Shown here piece by piece: positions 1-8,833 of a stretch of DNA of 37,515 nucleotides. The notes under the pieces were generated by a model. That model did no database searches and was not told the DNA's origin. It saw nothing but the letters and a program-made list of their open reading frames with translations. The position numbers were made by a program, and so were the translations under genes. The stretch's first letter is position 1, and each line of letters begins with the position of its first letter. Origin of the DNA: Gemmatimonadota bacterium (GTDB lineage Bacteria > Gemmatimonadota > Gemmatimonadetes > Gemmatimonadales > GWC2-71-9); NCBI GenBank assembly GCA_036679645.1, contig JAZDCY010000018.1, positions 1 to 37,515 on the forward strand, in the 5' to 3' direction.

Positions 1-131
1 GTCGCGCGACCAAACCCCGGGCGTGAGCCCGGGGTTAAGGGCGATGAGAGGGGGCGATGAGAGACGATGCTTAGTCACGCGACCAAACCCCGGGGCGTGA
101 GCCCGGGGTGAAGGGCGATGAAAGGGCGATG
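1..131. repeat. Two imperfect direct copies (~55 nt) of a REP-like GC hairpin element followed by GGGCGATGA short repeats
   Basis: GTC(G/A)CGCGACCAAACCCCGGG(G)CGTGAGCCCGGGGT(T/G)AAGGGCGATGA at 1-47 and 74-121; core AACCCCGGGC-GTGA-GCCCGGGGTT (13-36) is a 10-bp stem with a GNRA loop. Confidence 0.75.
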
Positions 132-1310
132 AAGTTTCAGAGCGAGCGATTGCGAGCGCTGCCGGCATATGCCGCCGCTGGTATTGCGGCGCGCAAGCGC
201 GAGCTGACGGCTGCTGGCCGCGACGTGATCGACGTCAGTATCGGTGATACCGATCATGCGCCACCTGCTGTCGCGGTCGATGCGCTGCTGGAGGCCTTGC
301 GCGACCCGACGATGAGTCGCTATCCGCATCAAGTGGGGCTCGTCGCGTTTCGGGAAGCGGTGGCTCGTTATATGGATCGGCGGTTTGGTGTGCTGATCGA
401 CCCCATGACCGAAGTGCTGCCGCTGGTAGGGTCCAAAGAGGGCCTCGCACATCTGGCCCTCGCGGTGCTCGATCCGGGTGACGTGTGCGTGGTTCCGGAG
501 CCGGGCTACCCCGCGTACCTGGGTGGGGCGCGCCTGGCGAACGCGGATCCCGAGATCGTGCCGTTGCGACGCGACCGAGACTTCCTGGTGGAGTTGGGCG
601 AGATCCCGTCCAGGCGCCGCTCGCGCGCGGGCCTCGTGTATCTCAACTATCCCAACAACCCGACAGGCGCGATCGCACCTGTCGAGTACCTCACGCGCAC
701 ACTCGAATGTTGTCGCGAAAACCAGATCGTGCTCGCCTACGACAACCCGTACTGCGAGATCACGTTCGATGGCTATCGCGCACCGAGCATTCTCGAGCTG
801 GAGGGTGCGCGCGATCTAACGATCGAATTCCATTCGCTGTCTAAGAGTGCGGGGATGACCGGCTGGCGTGTGGGTTGGGCGGTCGGGAGCTCCACGCTGA
901 TCGCGGCGCTTGCCAAGACGAAGAGCTGGATCGACACAGGGGTGTTTCTGGGTGTGCAGCAGGCGGCGGCAGCCGTGCTCGATGCCAGCGACGACGTGTT
1001 CCCGCCGGTGCGGGAGCGTTATGCGCGCAGGCGCGACGCCTTGGTGTCGGCCTTCGAGGAAGCCGGAATGGAGGTGGACGCGCCGCGTGCGGGGATGTAT
1101 TTGTGGATCTCCCTTCCCGACGGGGTGTCTGACACGGAGTTCACCGCGCGCGCGCTCGAAGAAGAGTCGTTGGCCGTACTTCCCGGATCCGCGTTGGGGC
1201 CCGGTGGTGCTGGGTACGTCCGGCTAGCGCTAGCGGTGGAGGAAGAACGGTTACGTGAGGTGTCGCGACGTGTCGTACGAACCCTCGATTCCATGAGCGT
1301 GCGGCGGTGA
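129..1310 (+). CDS. PLP-dependent class I/II aminotransferase (LL-diaminopimelate aminotransferase-like)
   Basis: GSKEGLAH, LNYPNNPTG, DNPYCEI, HSLSKSAGMTGWRVG (PLP lysine); ATG at 129 preferred over GTG 108, which lies inside the repeat. Confidence 0.85.
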   Translation: MKFQSERLRALPAYAAAGIAARKRELTAAGRDVIDVSIGDTDHAPPAVAVDALLEALRDPTMSRYPHQVGLVAFREAVARYMDRRFGVLIDPMTEVLPLVGSKEGLAHLALAVLDPGDVCVVPEPGYPAYLGGARLANADPEIVPLRRDRDFLVELGEIPSRRRSRAGLVYLNYPNNPTGAIAPVEYLTRTLECCRENQIVLAYDNPYCEITFDGYRAPSILELEGARDLTIEFHSLSKSAGMTGWRVGWAVGSSTLIAALAKTKSWIDTGVFLGVQQAAAAVLDASDDVFPPVRERYARRRDALVSAFEEAGMEVDAPRAGMYLWISLPDGVSDTEFTARALEEESLAVLPGSALGPGGAGYVRLALAVEEERLREVSRRVVRTLDSMSVRR

Positions 1311-2221
1311 AACCGCGCCTCCGCTTCGCGTTCCCCCCGGGCGAGCGTGCGCACCCCGCGTGGGCGGTGGTGAGCGGTCTTCTCCACGTCGTGGTGATCG
1401 TACTGCTGGTCGTCTATTCTGGTCCGACCTTCGGGCGGGTGACGGTGACGTTCGTCGCGATCGGCGGCGGAGCGGAGGTGCGCGAGATCGAGCTGCCCCC
1501 GGTGGGTGGAAGGGTGGTGGCGCGGGCTGGCGGACGGGCGGACGGAGACCTGGCACCACGAGAGGTGGCGCTCGTCCCGCCCACCGAAACACCGTCTGCC
1601 CTTCCGCCGGTTCGGCCCGACGAGGCGATGCCGCGTGAGGGTCCGCCCGGCGAGGAGCCACCCGGAGCCGAAGAACCGGTCACCGCGGGACGCCTGGGCT
1701 TTGGGCCGGGCCGTCGTATCCTCGGGCCGCGTCTTGGAGACGGACGGTTATGGGTTCGCCCGCGTGACGCGATTCTCGCAGCCATCGCCGAGGCGCTGGG
1801 CGAGGGTCCCTTCGATGCGGAGACCCATTTCGAGCGCCTCGACAGCGCGATCGCCGCGCGCATTCTCGCCTTTGTCGACACGCTGGCCCGCGACTCGCTC
1901 GAAGCTCCCAAGCCGCCCAGCTGGACGACCGAGATTGCCGGCCAGACGTGGGGCGTCGACGGGAGCTGGATATACCTCGGCGGGCTCAAGCTCCCCACCA
2001 TGATTCTCGCCCTGCTCCCGCTGCCTCAGGGCAACTACGAACAGGCCCAGCAGGCCGCCGAGCTGGCCCGCATTCGGCAGGACATCATGCGTGCAGCCCA
2101 GCGAGCACAGGACATGGCGCAGTTCAAGCGGTATGTCGCAGAGACGCGGCGCCGTCGAGAAGGGGAGCGTGAGCGCGACCGCAACCGGGGCATCGTCCCA
2201 AAGGATTCGGTGAAGACGTAG
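1307..2221 (+). CDS. Hypothetical membrane-anchored protein (N-terminal TM, Pro-rich linker, C-terminal helical region)
   Basis: GTGA overlap with the upstream stop; hydrophobic segment VSGLLHVVVIVLLVV similar to TonB-type anchors; Pro/Glu-rich linker. Confidence 0.7.
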   Translation: MKPRLRFAFPPGERAHPAWAVVSGLLHVVVIVLLVVYSGPTFGRVTVTFVAIGGGAEVREIELPPVGGRVVARAGGRADGDLAPREVALVPPTETPSALPPVRPDEAMPREGPPGEEPPGAEEPVTAGRLGFGPGRRILGPRLGDGRLWVRPRDAILAAIAEALGEGPFDAETHFERLDSAIAARILAFVDTLARDSLEAPKPPSWTTEIAGQTWGVDGSWIYLGGLKLPTMILALLPLPQGNYEQAQQAAELARIRQDIMRAAQRAQDMAQFKRYVAETRRRREGERERDRNRGIVPKDSVKT

Positions 2222-2251
2222 AGCGGTGCGCGGTTGGCGGTACTGCTTGGC

Positions 2252-3565
2252 TCACCGCGCGCCGTCACTCATTCTCGCGAGGCTCTCGTCTCTTCCCACC
2301 ACTGCTAACAGCACGTTCACCGGCTCCGAGACCGTCGTACCGGTTATCGCAATCCGGATGGGCTGCATGATCTTGCCGAGCCCCACCCCACGTGCCTCGG
2401 CGAGCGTGCGTAGCGCGCCGTCGAGCGTGTCCGCGTTCCAATCGGCGTCGGGAATGGTCTCGAGTTTTTCTCGTGCGGCCTCGAGCGCCGCGCGAAAACC
2501 GTCGGGATCCTTCGCAACGTACTTCTGCGTTTTGGGGTCGTCCCGCACGATGCGTGAGCGGTCGGTGCGCACTCCAATCATCCATGCCATGTCGTGCGCC
2601 GTACGTGCCCGCTCGCGAACGATCGCCAGTAGTTGGTGCAACCGCGGCGTGCTGAACGCTGCACGATCGATCCGTGCCTCAGCCAGCGCCGGTTCCACAA
2701 TCGGAACTAGGTCCTCCGGCGATGTCCGACTAAGGTACTGACCGTTCATCCACTCCAGCTTCGTCGTGTCGAAGATCGCTTTGGTCTTCTGAATGCGCTC
2801 GAGCGAGAAGGCGTCGACCAGTTCCTGCATCTCGAAGAACAACTCCCGTTCGTCACCCGGATTCCAGCCGAGCAGTACCAGGAAGTTGCGCAGGGCACCG
2901 GGCAGGATTCCCAATTCGCGGTAGTCGCCCACCGCGGTGGCTCCGTGCCGCTTGGAGAGCTTCTTCCCGTCCGTCCCGTGAAGCATTGGCAGGTGAACGA
3001 AGATCGGCGTATCGGCACCCAGTGCGCGATAGACCGCGATCTGCTTGGGCGTGTTCGAGACGTGATCCTCGCCGCGGAGTACGTGGGTGATGCGCATCTC
3101 GATGTCATCTGCGACCACGACGAAATTGTATGTTGGTGTCTTGTCCGAGCGCAGGATTACCCAATCCTTGATGTCGGCTCCCTTGAATGACACCGGCCCG
3201 TAGACGACGTCGTCCCACACGATCTCGTCCTGCGGCATCTTGAACCGCACCGCGCCGTCGTCTTCGTAGGCGTGCCCGTCGGCGAGCAACCGATTTGCCA
3301 GCACCTGATGCCGCGCGAGACCCGCACCCTGAAACACGACCTCTTCATCCCAGTCGAGGCCGAGCCATGTCAGTCCGTCCAGGATGATCTGGGTGTGCTC
3401 GTCGGACGATCGTTCGCGATCGGTGTCCTCGATGCGCAACAGGCAGGCCCCACCGTTCTTTCGTGCGAAGAGCCAGTTGAACAGCGCGGTGCGTGCTCCA
3501 CCGACGTGGAGGTAGCCTGTTGGGGATGGTGCGAAACGCACACGTGGCGCGGACGTCACGGGCAC
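2252..3565 (-). CDS. gltX: Glutamate--tRNA ligase
   Basis: RFAPSPTGYLHVGG (HIGH), LRIEDTD, RGEDH, KLSKR (KMSKS), C-terminal anticodon-binding domain (MQPIRIAITG). Confidence 0.96.
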   Translation of the reverse strand: MPVTSAPRVRFAPSPTGYLHVGGARTALFNWLFARKNGGACLLRIEDTDRERSSDEHTQIILDGLTWLGLDWDEEVVFQGAGLARHQVLANRLLADGHAYEDDGAVRFKMPQDEIVWDDVVYGPVSFKGADIKDWVILRSDKTPTYNFVVVADDIEMRITHVLRGEDHVSNTPKQIAVYRALGADTPIFVHLPMLHGTDGKKLSKRHGATAVGDYRELGILPGALRNFLVLLGWNPGDERELFFEMQELVDAFSLERIQKTKAIFDTTKLEWMNGQYLSRTSPEDLVPIVEPALAEARIDRAAFSTPRLHQLLAIVRERARTAHDMAWMIGVRTDRSRIVRDDPKTQKYVAKDPDGFRAALEAAREKLETIPDADWNADTLDGALRTLAEARGVGLGKIMQPIRIAITGTTVSEPVNVLLAVVGRDESLARMSDGAR

Positions 3566-3698
3566 TCCACCGTCTCGCCGCGCGCTTCGAGATCCGCCGG
3601 CTGGTTATTCATGCACCTAATCTAATGATGCGGTAACCGATCCCGTCTGCCGACGCGTGCCCGCGCCTGCTCGCAATATGCCGGCAGGGAGGCTAGCG

Positions 3699-3890
3699 TC
3701 ACCGTCCCCGCCCTCCACCAGACCGTCCTTGCGTCTGTTCCCGCTCCAGGTCCAGTTCGACGATGTTCGTGTTATTCCGTTCGTCGTCCAGCAGGTGTCG
3801 AAGCGTTGCCGACGTCGTTGTGGTCCTTGTCGTCGTTGCCCGAGGACGACACCGCACTTCGAAGAATGGGGTCTGAACATGGAGCAAACG
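3699..3890 (-). pseudogene. Deleted relic of the 3' end of an S9 peptidase paralog
   Basis: 3733-3796 matches 5199-5262 at 54/64 nt by hand (LLDDERNNTNIVELDLEREQT vs LLGDERDHTNIVELDLEREQT); about 3811-3885 resembles the FFDVAVSSSGNHDNDV region, with a frameshift. Confidence 0.8.
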
Positions 3891-4041
3891 ACTCCCTTTT
3901 TTTCGCCCATGTTGCGCACCTGCAACTCTTGCTTCCGCGGGGATTCGGTCGCTAGTTGGGGCGGGAATACCACCGCGTGGGCGTGGTGTGTGTACGGGAA
4001 CGCCTTGACGCGACAATCAGGCCACAACAGGAGCCAGCGAG

Positions 4042-5139
4042 ATGACGAACATCAAAGCCCGCGCTGCGTCCATGACCATCCCCGTCGCCGCGATCTTCTG
4101 TGCCGTCGCGATCGCCGCCGCTGCCGGCGCGATGGTTCCCACGGCCGCGACGGCCCAGGAGCCGATAAGGTTCGCTGAGCCGGACCCCAATCGGTTCCCA
4201 CCCAACACGCTGGTGGCGCGCTACCAGATCGATCCCGCGGTGCTGGAGAGCGTGACGAACACCGCCGAGCTCGTGGCGGCATTGAGAGAGCACCTCATGG
4301 TCGAGGCCAGCATGCCGCTGGATGAGCCGCTGAATGTGTCCCTGGTCTCAAACGTCCACGGTCACGCCAGCGGCCTCTACAATCTCCAGAGCCGCCGGTT
4401 GGGCTTCGCCCTCGTGGCGGGTACGGCCGTGTCGTCACATCTCGCATCGGTGGTCCGCGCCTCTCAAGAGGCTAAGACTTTCTCGGATTGGGATGAGGAG
4501 GAGGCGTGGGCCTGGCTCCTGCAGGGTCTGGAAGATGCCCTGGCGAAGCCCAGCTCCATGGTGGTGCAAGCGAGCGGCCCGCGCGCACGAGACGACGCGG
4601 GGCACGTGTCCCTTCGCATCGCCGCCGTTCACTCGGTGCAGTACGGGGACGAGGCATGGGAGTTGGCAGAGAGCTTCGAGCGCGACTACATCGAGCTAAG
4701 CCCGCGTCCGAGCTTCGGCTCCTCGAGTCTGGCCGGCTGGGAGCCGCCGGAGGGCTTCACCTACGACACACAGCTGCTGTACCTGGAGCTAGAGCCTGCC
4801 GGGGAGACCGAGCGGGCCGCCGCCGGGCCGGCCGGCGTCGAAGCTGAGCTGACCGCGATCGAGCTTTCGCCCGATGCGCTGGACCGCTTCGCGGGCAACT
4901 ACGAGATGCGGCCCGGCGTCATCCTCGAGGTCTGGCGCGAGGGCAACGTGCTGATGGCCGCGCCCCGGGACCAGAAGACCGACCTGGTCACCCTGACCCC
5001 CTTCTCGGAAACGGGATTCTGGGCCGACGCAAGGGGCGAGCGCATGACCTTCACGTTCAACCTGGACGGCGACGGCGCGGTAAATAGCATGACCATGGAT
5101 CAGGCCGGATCCAGCACGACGCTGCCGCTGGTTCCTTGA
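4042..5139 (+). CDS. Exported protein with C-terminal DUF3471-like domain
   Basis: Signal-peptide-like N-terminus (ATA-QE); C-terminal IELSPDALDRFAGNYEM...LTPFSETGFW...FTFNLDGDGAVNSMTM matches the DUF3471/Pab87 C-terminal pattern; AGGAG RBS upstream. Confidence 0.7.
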   Translation: MTNIKARAASMTIPVAAIFCAVAIAAAAGAMVPTAATAQEPIRFAEPDPNRFPPNTLVARYQIDPAVLESVTNTAELVAALREHLMVEASMPLDEPLNVSLVSNVHGHASGLYNLQSRRLGFALVAGTAVSSHLASVVRASQEAKTFSDWDEEEAWAWLLQGLEDALAKPSSMVVQASGPRARDDAGHVSLRIAAVHSVQYGDEAWELAESFERDYIELSPRPSFGSSSLAGWEPPEGFTYDTQLLYLELEPAGETERAAAGPAGVEAELTAIELSPDALDRFAGNYEMRPGVILEVWREGNVLMAAPRDQKTDLVTLTPFSETGFWADARGERMTFTFNLDGDGAVNSMTMDQAGSSTTLPLVP

Positions 5140-5155
5140 CCGGGGTCGTGCCTGA

Positions 5156-7822
5156 TCAGTTGCGGCCGCGTCCTCCACTCCCGCCACCCCGACCGCCGGT
5201 CTGCTCTCGCTCTAGATCCAGCTCGACGATGTTCGTGTGGTCCCGTTCGTCGCCCAACAGGTAACGCGCGAAGTACTCCGCCCGCAGCCAGAACCAGTAC
5301 TCCCCGCTGTGGCCCCGATAACCGTGCCGCTGGCTCGGGAAGACGAAGAAATCGAAACGTTTGTTCGCGTTGATCAGCGCTTCGGCCATGCGGTATGTGT
5401 TCGCGTGGTGCACGTTGTTGTCGATCCCACCGGTGGTGAGCAGCAGGTGTCCCTTCAGGTTCGCTGCGAGAGCGGAATTGCGCTCGATGCTGTACTCGAA
5501 CGTGATCGTGTCGCCGTGCTCGATTTCCCTGATGCCGTTGTGCTTTTCCGACCAGTTCGCGTTGTACACGTCGTTGTCGTGATTGCCCGATGACGACACC
5601 GCGACATCGAAGAAGTCCGGATAGACTAGCATCGCGGCGGTCGACATGAAACCGCCACCAGAGTGGCCGTAGATCCCCACCCGATCGATATCGATGTAGG
5701 AGTGCCGATTCGAGAGCTGCTCGATCGCCGTCTTCTTGTCGGCCAGTCCGTAGTCCCGCAGGTTTCCGTAGCCGTAGTTGTGATACCACTTGGACCGGGA
5801 CGGGTGACCGCCGCGGTTCCCCACCGTGATCACGATGATCCCCAGCTGCGCGATGCCGACCTCGTGAGGTCGCGTGCTGAACGATTGCGACACCGCTTCC
5901 GTCTGCGGTCCCGGATAGACGTAGGCTACGACGGGGTACTGTCGCGTCGAGTCGAAGTCGAACGGCCGGTACATCACGCCCGACAGGTCGGTGACGCCGT
6001 CGGCGGCTTTCACGGTGTACGGAATGGGAAACTGGTACCCGGCTGCGAACAACGTCGAGAAATCGGCTTGCTCGAGGTCCATGATCTTCCGTCCGGTCGC
6101 ACCGTCGTACAGCGCTGATGCGGGAGTGGTGTTCACCCGCGAGTAGTTGTCGACGAAGTAGCGGGTGCCCGGGCTCAGGCCGGGCCGGTTACTGAAACCG
6201 CCGTAGGAATTGCGCCTCACACCTGCAATCTGGTGATCGAAGTTCCCCGGGTTGAGTAGCGTGAGGCCGCTGCCGTCCAGGCCCACGCGGTAGTGATGCA
6301 GGTAGTAGGTGTCCTCGCCACGCTCCCGCCGGTTGCCCCCGAAATAGACGAGTCCGCGGCCCTCATCGATTCCGGTGATGCCCTCGACACGCCATGGGCC
6401 CTCGGTGAGCCGGCCCTGCAACGTACCGTCCGGGCCGTACCGGTAGAGGTGACCCCACCCGTCCCGCTCCGACCACCACAGCATGTCGCCGTTGGAGAGC
6501 AACTCCAGCGCTTGATGCTCGACGTAGGTGTTGAGCCGCTCCTCGATGAGCACGGTCACCTCGCCGGTCGCGGCATTGGCCCGGACGACGTCGATCTTGT
6601 GCTGGTCGCGACTGCGACGCCAGAAGTAGACGTCGTTGGAGTTGGGCGACAACCAGAGCGAGCGCCGCGGCTCGTCGCTGTCTGGATAGACGTGTTGTCT
6701 CAGGCTGAACGTGCCGATCCGTTGATCCTTGAAGCGATCGACCTGCACGGTGACCATGTTGCGCGCCTCGAGGTCGTAGACCAGCAGCTCGACTTGAGCC
6801 ACGGTGGTATCGCCAGGCAGGTCGTAGGTATAGGTCTCGAGCTGCGGCCGCTTGTTGCCGACGGAGTGGATCACCCACAGCTCGCCGGACTGGCGCTGGT
6901 CTCGCCGCACGAGTGTGAAGCGCCGCGAGTCGCGGGACCACGAGATGTTGGCACGTTTGCGCCGGTCAGCGCTCTCCTCGCGCTCGTCGTCGGTGTCGCC
7001 GCGGTCGAACCCGCCGTAGCTGTAGCGAAACTCGCCATCGGTCGTGAGCTGCGTTTCTTCGACCTCGACCTTCCAGCCGGCACTGTCAGCGGCCGTGCTG
7101 TCTTTCCCACGACGTGCGTCGAGTACCTGCTGGTAGGCGTCGGCGTCCATCATGTAGAGATTGAACTGACGCGCGAAGATGATTGTCTGGCCGTCCGGGG
7201 AGACGCTGGCCCAGGACGGGTGGTTGTCGGGCTCTTCGAAATCCTCCAGCTCGCGCAGCGTCTGGGTGCGGATGTCGAACTCGAAGTGAAAGACCTGCTT
7301 GTTGGCCTTCTGGCGCCCCCGGCCCCGTTCCTGTCGCTCGTCCTGCTGTTGCTCTTGCTCTTCCTCCCCCTCGACCTCCTCTGGCTCCTCGTCCTGCGAT
7401 GACTCGACCTCGAACTGGAGCGTGTTGCCGTCGACGAACTTGATGGCGCGGATTGGGAGATGCTGCCCATCCCAGGGATCTCTCGTGATACGAGTCAGCT
7501 CGGCGGCGATGCGGTCGTTATCGAAGATCTGCCGCTTGGTACCGGCTACCGGATCGACGACATAGAAGAACTTGCCGTCCGACGTTTCCCACTCGTACCA
7601 GAACCGCTCGGTACCCTCGATCCAGCGAGGGCTGACCCTCGTGCTGTGGACCAGATCCCTCATGCGGTAGGGAGCGAACCTGGCCGCGAGCTGAAAGTTG
7701 GCCGCCGTGACCGACGGATGGTCGGTCGTCGGATGCGCGGTTTGGGCGGCCACGGGGCCGGCCGCGGCCACCGTTGCGAGAATGCCAAGCCACAGGGTTC
7801 GAGTCGTCGTTCTCGGTGCCAC
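5156..7822 (-). CDS. S9 family serine peptidase, DPP IV-like (beta-propeller plus alpha/beta hydrolase), secreted
   Basis: Signal peptide; YPGPQ, GIYGHSGGG (Ser), DNNVH (Asp), QRHG (His); GGAGG RBS before GTG. Confidence 0.93.
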   Translation of the reverse strand: MAPRTTTRTLWLGILATVAAAGPVAAQTAHPTTDHPSVTAANFQLAARFAPYRMRDLVHSTRVSPRWIEGTERFWYEWETSDGKFFYVVDPVAGTKRQIFDNDRIAAELTRITRDPWDGQHLPIRAIKFVDGNTLQFEVESSQDEEPEEVEGEEEQEQQQDERQERGRGRQKANKQVFHFEFDIRTQTLRELEDFEEPDNHPSWASVSPDGQTIIFARQFNLYMMDADAYQQVLDARRGKDSTAADSAGWKVEVEETQLTTDGEFRYSYGGFDRGDTDDEREESADRRKRANISWSRDSRRFTLVRRDQRQSGELWVIHSVGNKRPQLETYTYDLPGDTTVAQVELLVYDLEARNMVTVQVDRFKDQRIGTFSLRQHVYPDSDEPRRSLWLSPNSNDVYFWRRSRDQHKIDVVRANAATGEVTVLIEERLNTYVEHQALELLSNGDMLWWSERDGWGHLYRYGPDGTLQGRLTEGPWRVEGITGIDEGRGLVYFGGNRRERGEDTYYLHHYRVGLDGSGLTLLNPGNFDHQIAGVRRNSYGGFSNRPGLSPGTRYFVDNYSRVNTTPASALYDGATGRKIMDLEQADFSTLFAAGYQFPIPYTVKAADGVTDLSGVMYRPFDFDSTRQYPVVAYVYPGPQTEAVSQSFSTRPHEVGIAQLGIIVITVGNRGGHPSRSKWYHNYGYGNLRDYGLADKKTAIEQLSNRHSYIDIDRVGIYGHSGGGFMSTAAMLVYPDFFDVAVSSSGNHDNDVYNANWSEKHNGIREIEHGDTITFEYSIERNSALAANLKGHLLLTTGGIDNNVHHANTYRMAEALINANKRFDFFVFPSQRHGYRGHSGEYWFWLRAEYFARYLLGDERDHTNIVELDLEREQTGGRGGGSGGRGRN

Positions 7823-8021
7823 GAGGTGCCTCCGGGATCGTTTCGGTATGTAATGGCTGATCGTACGGACAAACCGGCGCGAGAGGGTAGCGCCTCGCGA
7901 CCGTCGAGCGCAACACCCTGTTTACGGAGCGGGGGGCGGTTTCGTTGCGAGCGAACCGGCGATACGGAGCGAGCCGATATTGGTGGGTTCGGACGGGTAG
8001 CCAGTAACGACGCAGCAGCGA

Positions 8022-8046
8022 CGGGTGGGGGAGGCTCCCCCACCCG
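8022..8046 (-). terminator. Strong hairpin downstream of the Bor-like gene (possible terminator)
   Basis: CGGGTGGGGGA-GGC-TCCCCCACCCG, perfect 11-bp stem; no clear U-tract. Confidence 0.4.
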
Positions 8047-8086
8047 GCTATTGCGGCAGCCCAATATCGTACGAGTACGGTCTTCG

Positions 8087-8518
8087 CTACAGGCGAATCA
8101 GTATCGGCGCCTTCTCACTCAGCGATTTTCCGATAGCCGCTGCGAGCGCGTCTTCGAATCCAGTCGGTGAGTCGCGATCTACCTCGACCACGCCCGCGTG
8201 CCCGCCGGAGTCGCTATCAGCCGAGCCACTAGCCGCGCATGTGACGACGATCTCCATGGGTGCATAGATCCCAAGGGTCAGGAACTGAACGAGCTGATTG
8301 ACGAAGCTCAGCTTTGTCTCGACTCGTGCAACTCCATTGGGACACTGGCTGGCGGTCTCAACGGTACTGGGGGGAACCAGGCCGTATATCCAGCCTGAGG
8401 CGAAGCCTTTCCGAATGACGGTCGAGGACGGGGTAGCCCCCGTCTCGATCGTGGCGTGGTAGCACGCCGAGGTCAGGATGAGTGCGGCACCTAAGGACAG
8501 TAGTCGAAGGCGAGGCAT
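8087..8518 (-). CDS. Bor/Iss family lipoprotein
   Basis: Lipobox LTSAC; WIYGLVP, CPNGVARVETKLSFVNQLVQFLTLGIYAPMEIVVTC matches the lambda Bor family pattern; ATG 8518 with GGGAG RBS. Confidence 0.8.
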   Translation of the reverse strand: MPRLRLLSLGAALILTSACYHATIETGATPSSTVIRKGFASGWIYGLVPPSTVETASQCPNGVARVETKLSFVNQLVQFLTLGIYAPMEIVVTCAASGSADSDSGGHAGVVEVDRDSPTGFEDALAAAIGKSLSEKAPILIRL

Positions 8519-8833
8519 CAGTCGCTCCCAGTAAAGTGTCAACAGCGGAGTCTAATGGCCGAACGTGCACAATCCTACATCGTGGAACGGCGAACCGCGA
8601 GCCCGGGCGAAGAAGCACTCACCGCAGAGTGCGCGGAGCACGCAGAGGTAACAGTGGGGTCAATCAGGACCATCTCCGCGATCTCTGCGGTGCAACATCC
8701 GACCTTGGGGCTCCGGCTGGCAGCGTCCCCAAGATGTGGCTCGCGTCCGCCGGTGGCCAATTTGACGGTCTTCCGGCCAGGCACATGTTTGTTGGCGGTT
8801 GACGCACAGCGACACAGGAGGGAGAGGACGCTC

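Noticed and set aside
8555..8833. Longer starts in the ORF track (8555; likewise 17283, 19349, 22472, 31354, 33090, 33434)
   Set aside because: These extensions lack family similarity and mostly overlap neighbouring genes; the downstream starts have an RBS, a stop-start overlap or begin the recognisable domain.
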